A DNA stretch of 64,000 nucleotides. It comes from Podarcis liolepis. Its lineage: Eukaryota. The position numbers and the translations under genes are program-made. The notes beneath the pieces were generated by a model that saw only the letters and a list, made by a program, of their open reading frames with translations, was not told the DNA's origin and did not search any database. The stretch's first letter is position 1. Each line of letters opens with the position of its first letter. Below, piece after piece: positions 36,701 through 48,300 of this stretch. The DNA is taken from NCBI GenBank assembly GCA_965112155.1, contig OZ218111.1. One strand, given 5' to 3'.

Positions 36701-39700
36701 GGTGCAGCAGGATTTTCCACTTCTGCTTCAAGATTCCTGGTAACTGCTTGGGTTCAGGGTCATGGTAGGCATCCTGAGGAGACGGAAGCAGGGTGGTGGC
36801 AGCTGGAGCTCTGCTTCTTCTGAGCCAACATCTCCTACAACCAGGGCTCAGTTCTGGCCCCTCTCAGGTGGGCCCATTGCCATTATAAGAGAACAAGGGG
36901 AGGTGTTCCTGGTGAATTCCGGGACCTCTTTTTCTAGAAAAATAGCACTGCCTACAACTATTCTTCTTCTCTTTTTATTTTTTTAAATAAAGCTGAAGCT
37001 GCTGCCCTGATCAATGCTCTCCCTGCCCCAAGATGCAGCCTGAAATTGGGCATCCTTCAGGATGGTGCCAAAGGGACCTTGGCCTTGTAGGAATAAAGAG
37101 AGAAGGGCGGAAAGATCAAGCTAGATATCATCAGCATAACACCACAGAGGTAGCCTAGAAGGAACAAAGGGAGGGGGCTGAGAACAGAGAACTATCAGGT
37201 CTCCAAACGGAAGGAGAAACCTGAGAAGAGGTAGCCATGGAAAAGAGACTTCAAAACCACAGGAGTTAATTCATGGAAGGATGTTGCTACATCTCAAAGA
37301 GCAAACTGAACTAAGAAAGAAAGAGATGTCAACGAAGAGTGTTGCACTTCCATCTTTAAGGTGCCACAACACTCTTTGTTGACGTCTCATTTATTTTTCT
37401 AAGCTTTGGTGACTGACATCCACTTCCTTACGTGCAACCATGGTCAGTGCTGACGAAAAATTGGGGAAGCAGCTTGTTTAAAGCAAGGCGGGACAACCCT
37501 GAAGAATGTGAGAAGTCAGAGATGCAGGAAAAGATGTAAACAGGCCTGTCTCCTGGTGCTTTCCCTTCATGGAAGGATAGCAAGGGAGTCAGGTGTTTGT
37601 GTGCAGCTCATTACCCATGGTATCCTGGCCTTTGGTTCATGGCTAGATCTACACAGAGCTCAATCTTGCTTCTAACAGGTTCTGGGCTGCAAGATCCCTG
37701 GAGATTTCAGCTCCCGCGTCATCACCTCTTTGACATTTCAAAGTCTCCATGCAAGTCAATGGAATGGGAGGCTTCTGTAGGATGAGTTTTATGGGTAGGA
37801 GAGGATATATTAACTGCAATTTATCCCTTCTGGCTCCCACGTGTGTAGGTTGAACAGAGTTTTAAAATCCCATAATTGGCAGCAAAAATTTAAAGTGTAA
37901 GAATTAGGCTGTAGAATCATAGAATTGTAGAGTTGGAAGGAATCCCAAAGGTCATCTAGTCCAACCCCCTGCAATGCAGGAATCTTAGCTAAAGCATCCA
38001 TGACAGATGGTCATCCAACCTCTGCTTAAAAAGCTCCATAGAAGGAGGGTCTACTTTAATGCCTGCTTTTAAAGTCCACTGTAAAGCCTACTTTTGAGCA
38101 AGTTCAGCTATGAAATAACCTGGTCTTCTGTTTCTTACCCCACTTAACAAAGAATCAAGAAACAACTTGTAAAGTAAGTTTAAAACAAGATTTACTTACT
38201 TTATAACCTTCCGCTGGTTCACAGTAAAGGCAGCAGTAAAAACTATGCAGGTAAAACATGTATTCATATCTACAGTATAACCAACTTCAGCCATGTGCCC
38301 AAAGCTTTGTCTGTATCCAACACTTGTCAAAGAAAGAAAGGGAGGGAGGAAGAAGCAGGAAATGCTACATGCGCCTTCTACAGCAGAGGAGGGGGGAATG
38401 TCTACCAATTGTATTTCTATGGTCTGAGCATCTGCCTGTCAACAATACATCTCTGTGTTGTTAGCCCCTTCTCATGCTAACTAGCAAGAATATGTATTTC
38501 TAAGGTTGAATTTCTAAGAATATGTATTTCTAATGTCTCACATCTTCTACATGCAGCTGAGTGCTTGGCTAGGCCGCAATGGAGAGCTGAGTGCATGACA
38601 GATTTGCTGCAACCTGACAAATGTGAGAATCCAAATCTGCCTCAGCCCTGCTGGTGACCTGAAATATTAAGAGCATTGAAGGTCTGCCATACACTACTCT
38701 GTCCTGCCACAGTCTTCCAGTCAGCAATAGGGGTATAACAGTGAGCTGATCCTTGTTTAATGCTTCCCAGCTCAATCTGCAATGTAAGCATAAAATGATG
38801 GCTATCATGGCAAAAGTGTACGCTGCACTCTCAGCTTCCACCCAACCTGCAACAGGGGCCTAACAGCTGTGGACAAGTATTAGACCCCTATTTTTGGAAA
38901 CCGTAGGATTCAGTGTGAGCTGCGCTGCCACTCCCTGCTAGCCACAACCCCTGCCAAGGAGTTAATGAACAGTATTTGCTTTGGAGTTTGTATTAGTTTG
39001 TATTTGCTTTTGGAGTTTGTATTAATTTAAAAATGTTTCACACTAAATAAGAAATGAATTTGCAATAAAGGAAAGAGTTTCTGCTCTAACCTTTTTTTGG
39101 AGGGTGGATGGACACACTGCTGCCCAAATCTATCTATATTAAAATATTGGACTTCTCCATTAATTTCTATAGGTCACTCTTACTTTCATCCCTTGAGCAA
39201 TTTAGCCTATCAACACAATGGTCATCTCTGTCCTTTCTGTATCTGGGTGTCTCTCTTTTGCTGGAAAAAGTGGAGTGAAATGGATCAAGAGAGACTGGAG
39301 GAGGAGACAGCAGCACAGAGGCCAAGCTGCCCACCTCCTACTCTCCTTATGCCTTATTTGCCAACTGACCACAGGTTCTGTGGATATGAAGCAATCTGAA
39401 ATCTGAATTTAATCTGTGAAAATCTGAATTTAAGATTGGAAAACTGATAATCTGAAATAATGATACCCACCCATCCCTAGTGGATGGTGCTGTTTTGCCT
39501 TCAGGCAGATCTGTACTCACCCCTGATCTTTGCAAAGAGAGGGAAGGAGGATGACACACTATACAATATTTATTGTTGTTTCTTATGAAAGTATCACACT
39601 CTTCCATATAGAACCTCCCTGGATTGTGTAGTCATTGCAGCTCAGTACATGCACTTCCAAGTCAGTTATAGGCACCTGTCAACTCCTGTAGGTGAGGCAT

Positions 39701-42313
39701 GGATTTTTCCCTATTACTCTCTTCCATGAAGAGGCTGGAATTCCATTATATGCAAAGCCCTTCTAAGACACAAATGTATTTCCCAAGCTGAAAATCACAC
39801 CTCTACCCTCACAGGGACCAAGCTGGTCATCTGTCAGGAATCAGCTGGATATCCTGTTCTGTAGACATCTTAATTTCCTGGAGTTTTGCTGCATTCGCTG
39901 GAATGCATTATACTGATGGAGAAGATGTCCCAGTCTCCCTGTTCAGCTTTCTCAGTGCTGGACAGAGAAGCACAACTCAAGTGTGTTTGCCACTGCTAGA
40001 GATATTCTGGGACAATATCTGATCTTCCACATCTTGAGTAAGATGAACAAGCCAGCCTCTACACAAAAGAAGAATAAGACCCCAGAAATGGCAACATTAA
40101 GAATTAGTGTTTTTAAATGGTGATTTCTTAATGGTGGTGCTACATGTAAATTAATTAATCAGTAAGAACAGCAACAGTTTAACTGCTTTCCTGTTCTTGT
40201 TAACCTTAGAACTAGTCCACTAAATGCATCCCTTGCCTGGACTAGGTTGGACATCTGCCTGGACACCTTAATTTAGACCAGATTTGAGCTGGGCTTGACA
40301 GGCAGAAGCTATAGCAGGAGTGGCCAAGCACATACTAGGCCTGGCCAGTTGAAAGGCTTCCTGTTACCAATTGCTCTGAATGTGGCAACACCTCCTCTTC
40401 CTTCCAGGCCAGCAAATCCTTCCAACAGCCATGAACAGCACTCCGAGGCCAGAGTGGCTTACTGGCCACGGAAGTGGAACTTCTTGCTTCAAGCCCCCAA
40501 ACTCCTCCCATCTCTCTTGTCTTTTTATTTACAACCAGCCTGGCAGAGCTTAGCAGACCCTCCGGGCAGCAACTGGGGTTAAGAGGACCTGTAATTCATT
40601 TCGGTTCTCTTAATCATATGGGATCTGTACGTTCATTTCCAGGCCCAAGATGACAGCCAAGCATGGTTTAATGATGGGAGGATGCCTCCTGTTGTGGTTC
40701 CCTTTGGGCACCAGATGGTGACATTGGATGTATGCTAAAGCACATCCAAATGGGGGCTCAGCTCAGGCATGCCAAATCCTGCTCCTCCCCAAAAAAACAA
40801 TTCTCTCTGCAGTTGGGCATCATTTTCTTGTGTGGAAACAGCTCCCCACATTTCCCAGGGAATCTGGCTTCTCTTCCATTTTCACAGCAGCCCGTTTCGC
40901 TGACTTGGGAGGAAGCCCCATTGGAGACGATTTGACTGCACTGTTGATGCATCCTCTAGAACAGCACTTGCGGGCTCCCCTTCCCCAGGTCTTGCAGGAG
41001 GGAAGTGGAGTGGCTCCTTTTGCATCCACAACCCGAGCGAGCTCCTGTCCTGCGGAAGAGCCGTGCAACGCCCCCCACTTCCAGCCCTCTCTTGCCCCTT
41101 TCCTGCTCAGTCGTGTGCTTGGGCAGTTCGGAGGCCTTGGGCCTTGCCGCGGCTCACGAGGGGTTAAGGCTGCCGGGGCGGGGGGGGGAGCAGCTCCGCC
41201 CCCTCCTCCCCCCCACTTCGCCGCCGCCGCTTTGCACTGACAGCAGCTGCCTGGCGCAGCCCAGGCCCAGCCGGCATCGTCGCGGAGGGCAGCCGAGGGC
41301 GGAGGGGCGCGTCGCCACCTCACCGGGTACGTGCATGGGGTGGGGGGAGCGGGGATGGGACCGGCCGCGGCCGGCCAGCCGGCCAGAGGGGTGGGATCCT
41401 AGGAGGACGAGGGTGGCCAGAGCCCTCCGCGCATCACACGGGCCGAGAGGAGGCCCGTCGGGGGACGGAAGGGGGGCTGCACCCCGCATGCCCGACCTCC
41501 GGAAGGGAGCGGAGTGGGGAGAGGAGGGAGGGGGCGCAGCAGCATCCTCGTCCGCAGCTGCTGCCCGCCCCCCCGGGCTTCATTGCTTTCCCCGCGGGGA
41601 CGTGCCCCGAGGGGTATCCCTGCCCGGGGGGGACGACTGGTCTTGGGCAGATGGGCCAGCTAGCCCTCCTGGGACTGGAAGGCGGAGGCGCTGGTGCTTT
41701 TGCTCCGGAGGGGGCAGCTCGCAGGCTGGCTAGCTAGCCTGCCCATCAAGGCCTCCGGGAAAGGGTCCGGCCAGCGCCCCCTTTCGCCTTTGCCGGGGAG
41801 GGGGGACGCGGTGGCGGAGGCTCTTGAGCGCGCACGCGAGGCGCGCACACTGCGGCAAATTTTGCAGCTGGCGCCCGCCTGCTCCAAGTGCCGCGTGGGG
41901 TGGGGGTGGGGGGCGCAGGGAGTCAGCTTGGCGGCCTCCGGCCTGCCGGACCCCTTGGGAGCACGCCTCCTCCGGGACCAGCCCCCGCCTTGTCAGACAC
42001 CGATGCTTCCAGAAGCGGTGCGGGAGGGGGGATGTTCTCCAAGAGCTCTTGAACGCTGCCGGAGATGCCCTCGATGGATTGGAAAGAAGCACTGCCCCCC
42101 CCCCCCGCACATGCTTTCTCCTGGCCTGCTTGCCCAGCCCCGTCGTTCCCCGCGTTGTTGCTCAGATGTCTCAGCTTAGTCCCGTGGAGTTCCCCCTCTT
42201 CTTCCAACATGGGTGCCCCACCCTCTGGTGCCAGTGAGGATGCCAGCAGCACGGTGCTGCTGGGGCTGAGGCCGGACTGAGTGCCAAGCATCATCTTGTC
42301 TGCCAGTCAGGTC

Positions 42314-42351
<38 letters not shown>

Positions 42352-45300
42352 CCACCCCAGTCCCACTTCCTCTTGGAAGCCCCTTCCTAGTCAAGGGTCC
42401 TAAGCACTTTAGAGGAGCCCTGCAGCTGCAAGATCAGGCCTAAGGGGGCTCAGCTGGTTCTGTACTCTGTTCTCACAGTGGCCAAGCAGATGCCCCGAGG
42501 GGCAGCTCAAAAGCAGGACAAGAGCACAGTGCTCCTCCACATTTTCTCAGCATCCTGACCCTGGACAGAGAACACAGCCATTTGTGCTTGCACTAATTGG
42601 TAACCTTATCCCCCTCCGTGAAGTTGTCCACTCCTCTTTTCAAGTTTTCCCCATTTGTGGCCACCATCACTGCCTCTCCTAGGAGTGAATTTCAGGGTTT
42701 ACCTCTGTGCTGCTGTGTGAAAGAGTCCTTCCTTTTGTCTGGCCTGGACCATCCTGGCTGAGCCAAAGAAAGGAGGCCCCAGAAGCCTCCTGCTGATGGA
42801 AGGCTTTTCTTCCTGCATGTGGACAATCCGTGAAAGTCACTATCTGAAGCTACTGGAACATCTGTCTAAGAACAAATCAGTGGGACTTAAAGGTGCTTAG
42901 CTTTGGCTGGATTGTGCCCTAAGCAAGGCATTATCCTTATTGGATCAGCTGGCTGGTATGGAGGAGATACAAGCTTTTGAGCCATACAACCCTCTTTATC
43001 AGGCAGAATGGAAAGGAAGCCAAATCTTGGGGTGGGGATGCTGCTTCCTCATGCAGAAGCTTCCAGTGGCATCCTGTGGCCATCCATTGCAAACGCTTCA
43101 ACACTAGAAAAGAATATCAATTTGATTGCCAGAGGTTGCAGGGCATTACAGGGAGCCGGGAGGCCTGGTTGCAACCCTATGCTTGCCTACTCAGAAGTAA
43201 GCCACATTGAGTTACCTGGAACCTACTTCCAGGTAAGTGTGTGCATGACTGAATTCTTAATCTTCCTTCAGTCATAAAGGCCAAGGTGCAGTGCAATTAC
43301 CTCTGAGGGTAAGGACTGGGTTAGTTACGCAGAAGGATACAGCCAGAGTTTGCATCCAGAATCGCTTCCCTGCTTCTCCAGCTCTGAAAGGTGAAGGGTA
43401 GTGGTGCCTCAGTCATTAGATCACCTCCTTTGTCTACAAAAGGTCCCAGGCTTAGTCCTTGATGACATCTCCAGGTAGACCTGGGAATGTCTCCTGACAT
43501 CCTGGAGTCTCATTGCTGCCAGTCAGTGTATAAAAAACTGAGTTTGATGGACCCCATTGGTCTGGTTCTGTATAAGGCAACTGCTTCCACTGCGGTTCCA
43601 AAGTAGCCAGAGTAGACCCAGTGTAGGAGGCCAACCTGCTATGCAAATTTTGGAGTGGATTTTGCACCCCAGATGCAAATAATTTTGCATTCCCAAAGGC
43701 ACGCCTCATGGAGTTCTGGAGGACAAACTCATTTCCTGTATTTGATCATTTTAAGGCTGCTTTCTTCATGGTATGTTTTAAAACTTTGTATTATTTCCCT
43801 AAGCTACAGAGTAATTCCCAACAAAACAAGTAAATAAGAATCCATAAAAAACACAGTCCATTAAAAGAACAACAAATCACTAAGCAACATTTAATAGCAG
43901 CAATCGGGCCTCTCCTCCAAATGCCCTCCAAGAAGATGTACCCTCTTAAAATGCTCTTAGCTACCTTGAAAGACTGCGCGGAAAGGAAAGAAAGGGAGAC
44001 TTTCCCTAAGTATATGATAAAGTACTAGAACTGGGTTTCATTCCTAAAGCCAAAAAATAGTTTTGTATTTTGCAGCCAACTGAGGAAAATTTAAATTTTA
44101 AAACTTTAAATGGAGTTACAAGTACATAAGATGCCTAGGCCAGCATCTTGTTTCCCAGAGGTCCAGCCCCGGGTATTCAGAATCTTTTGATCATGGAGGT
44201 TTGTGTGCAGCCAGCCTGACTGGTAGCCATAAAGAGCCTTCATGGATTTGTTTAATAATTCTCCTTCAGAGCCATCTACATTGGTGAACACCTTGGGACA
44301 TCAAATTCCATGGCTCCACTATATATTTTGGGAAGAAGTCCTTCCTTTTGTCTGTCTTGAATCAACCAACATTCAGCCTTATTGAATGACCCCGCTGATT
44401 TCTACTATCATGAGAAAGGAAGAAAAACTTCTCTGTATCTATTTTTTATAATAATATTTATTAGTTTTCCAACAAATTGAACACAACACTACAAAAAACC
44501 AAAAAAGAAAAAACATACAACAATACAATAAAATACAAAAGAACAACAACACTGCAAAACACTAACATACAACTAACAAAACAAAACAAAAACCATTTAA
44601 AACACAGTCCAATTTCAATATCTTATCTTTCTTTCAATAATTTCCACGACCTCCTCACACCTCCCTTTTTGTATTCCACTTCTATTAATTGTTTCAGCAA
44701 TTCCTTTCCATCTTCCTCTGTTTTCTATTCTATAATTGTCTTAACACATTCTAACCTTATTTTTCCCTTTAATGCTCTATTAATCTATTTATACTTAATT
44801 CTTTATAACATTTCTACTAAAGCCATATAACTTCATTCCAACATTTTTCTAACATTCATTAATTTTACAGTATTTCTGTAAATAGTCTTTAAACTTTTTC
44901 CAGTCTTCTTCCACCGACTCTTCTCCCTGGTCTCAGATTCTGCCAGTCATTTCCGCCAATTCCATGTAGTCAATCAACTTCATCTGCCATTCTTCCCTGG
45001 TGGGTAAATCTTGTGTCTTCCGAAAAACTTCTCTGTATCTAATTTTGCCATACCATGCTGAATTTTATATCTCTTTAGCACCTCTCTCTCTCTCTCTCCC
45101 ACTCTCCCACTCTCCCAATACACACACTGCTTACCCTTTTCTTAAACTAAAAAGACTTAGAGGGCTGACATTATTAAACATGACTACCTTAGGTTTATTC
45201 ATTCCAATTCACCCCCTAAACTATGTCACCTTTCTGTATAGGGGAGTTGTGCCAACCCCTTCCCTCCTTCATTTTGGGGGCCATTTCTGCACCTTTTCCA

Positions 45301-48300
45301 GCTCTACAATGGCCTTTTTGAGGTACAGAAACCAGAACAGTACACAATATTCCAAGTGTGGTTGCACCAAGTCATTACAATATAGGGAAATCCACCCACC
45401 CATCCACCCACTTTTCTAAAGATCCCTCAAAGGGAATTCACCATATGCAATTGGCCCACTGATCTCACCTGAGCAAAGCTGCTCCTGAACATCGCCAGGA
45501 CCTGGACATCTGTGTCCAAGGCTGGATCCAGGAGCATTCCAAGCTGCAAACCTGAGCTTTCAAGGGGGATGCAGCTTCAGCCAAGGCAGACTGAATCCCC
45601 TTTCCCTGAGCTGCCATTCTGTGACTAGGAAAACATCTGTCTTGTTGGGATTAAGCATCATTTTGTTAGCCCTTTTCTGATCCAATGCTAACTGCAAATG
45701 CTATTGTAGGAGTTGGGGGGGGGGAGAATGGATTTAGATAGGAAGGAAATATAGAGTTTGGTGTCATCCACATATCAATAGCATCAAATCCCCAAAACTT
45801 GCATGATTTCTCTGAGCAGTTTTATTAATGAACAAGTTAAAAAAATCTAGTCTAGGTGCAGCCCCTCCTTTAGGATGAGAATTGTTCAAATGCAAGGAGA
45901 TGAGTCAGATGAGGACAGCAGGAGTTGAGTGGCTCCATCTACAAAAACATTACCTGAAGGCTCACTAGGTTACCCACCTTGCGTCTGCGCTCCCTCCTTT
46001 GCGTGGGTGCCACCCATCTGCCTTGCAAAGCTGGCATCACTGCTCCCACCACAGTCAGAGATTCCTAGGCATTTGGGGGTGGGTGTCTCTTGTTTTTTCT
46101 AGTTCTCTTTGACCCATCAGCTACTGACAGGTCATCCTACAGGTAGGTCTAGTTGCTGTGAAGTACTGCAAAGGAAGGCCACCACCAGCAGAATCAGAAA
46201 GGGAGTGGACATCTTCCTGGAAAAAGTGTGGGGGCTCATCAGTTGAGCCCCACAGGTTTCTGTGCAGTGCCAAGAAGCGAATGGACAATGGCAAAACTGC
46301 CCCCCTCTAGGGCCAAGCTCTCTTTTCCCCCCACATGGTCAGCCACAGAGCCAAATCCCAGCAGCCATCAGAATGATATGCAGGAATCCAGAACAGATGA
46401 TGGCTTTGTGCTTTGTCTAGCCCTGCTGGAGCCATTGGCCTGGCACACATTGTCAGCCACAAGGAGAGGAGTTCCTGCCCACTCACAGGGCCAAGGGTTT
46501 TCTCGTTGCCCAGCTTCTAGTCTGCCCCCTCTCCAAAGGGCAAGAGTGGAACCCTCGCCCATTTGCATGGGTGTTTGAAGGCAGAAGTAGAGGTGGGGCT
46601 GGGGTTTTCTTGCAATAAATTTAACTATGGGCAGGGAGGATGCAAAGAACTCCCAGCTACAGTATGAATGGCTTAGTCCAGAGCTCTAGCGCCATCTAAC
46701 GTCTTGATCTGGTGCACCATGTCTCAAGGGCCAGGCAGGGTATTGAGATGTCAGATTTCCAGTTCCCTTAGATTTCTTTAGATCAGTTGATCAAACTCTG
46801 ACCCCTGTGTAGAGCATGTTATAGTAGATGAATAGACTGCTGTAATATGGAGACTTCACATGAAACAAAATGCATGTGGAGGAGAACATAATAAAGCATA
46901 GAAGAAGCCTGGGCTTTCCCTGACCCATAGGTTTGGACCCTGTTTTATGGGTATGAACCCTTTAAATTTCTGCTTGATTTAGGTGTTTGCCTTATTGGCT
47001 GTATTTTAGATTTTATATTGTATATAATGTATACTATTTAGAGATTTTTGAAATATTAAGTAGTTTAGAATTACTTTTAAAAAAATAAATAAGTCACCAC
47101 TACTACATACCAGATGCCTTTAGCTCTGATTTGCTTCTGGGCTCAATTTAAAATGCTAATCTGGACCTTCCCATCCCTAAATGGTTTGAATGTTGGTTTT
47201 ATTTGATGGACCACCTGCATATGAAGCTGCCTGGGCCCCAGAAGCCTTCCTTGCAGGCTCGTGGCCAGATACAGCAGGCTAACAGGCATTAGAGATGAGG
47301 CCTTTTTAGGAGTGGCTCCGGATCTTTGGAATTCTTGCTCAAAAGAGGTCTACATGGCCACATCTTTGTTCATTTTAAAATGAGACTTTAAAACTTACTT
47401 GTTTCAGATTGCATTCTGTTAGAAGTGTGGTGAGGTGGGTTTTACCCTGCTGCTGTTTTTAGTTTTTGTAACTGGATTCTTTCCTTTATATTTTAAAAAC
47501 TGTTTTATGGTTTAAAGATCTTTTGCAAGCTGCCTGGAAGAGCTTTGGCCTGAAAGGTGTTGCAGGGGAGCTTTACATAGACAGCCTTGAAACCAGGTTG
47601 TGAGGCATTTACAGCTTCTTCTGCCCACTGGGGCATTGGAGAACCTAGTTTGGTCCACATTTGTAAGCAGGCCAACTCATTTGCATTTGTCAGATGGGAT
47701 GCCTGGCCTGCAAGAGGAGAGTACAAGAGGAAAGGAGAGATGGGCTGCAATATGCAGGTACCAGGAGATGGTGGAAGCAGCCAGGAGTTCTGCAGAGGCT
47801 TCTGGAATCTGCTGGGGAGGGGAGATGGGGGGGTGGGAAGGCCAGCAAACAAGAGGCTGCCATCTCCTGGACACCTGTCCTTGACCCAGTGGCTTCTCCA
47901 CGCCCCTGCCTGGCCTGCCTCCTTCCCCTGCCCACTTCTTGCAATATCAACTGCGAGCAGAGGAAATCCTCTGATGCAAGCAGAATACTAAGCAGCCAAG
48001 CTTTGTTTTCCTGGGAGAGATTACTGACATGAATTGCTGCAGCAGCAGCCAGCAGCTGGGCAGGCCCACAGAGGGTTGGAGGCAGGCAGGGTGCTCTCTG
48101 GTGGCCAGCTTTGTCCTTTAAGGCTTAGTCTGAAGCTGGTGCAGCAGGCACAGAGGCCAAGGCCAACCAGAAACGCTCCCTGCTGGGCTTCAGCAGGAGA
48201 GGACCAGTAGCAGTGTGGTGAGCATCCTCCTCTGCGGTGCCTGCAATCCATGAAATGCTGCAGGTTCAGTGGCAAGACACCCACACCCCTCCCACCACTT

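Noticed and set aside
38486-39435. Short direct repeats (38487-38532, 38972-39025, 39394-39432) that could suggest an array
   Set aside because: Unrelated two- to three-copy slippage duplications in a vertebrate intron; no constant repeat with spacers, not CRISPR-like.
40728-42394. Cluster of 100-240 aa Pro/Gly/Arg-rich ORFs
   Set aside because: CpG-island composition with no recognisable domain.
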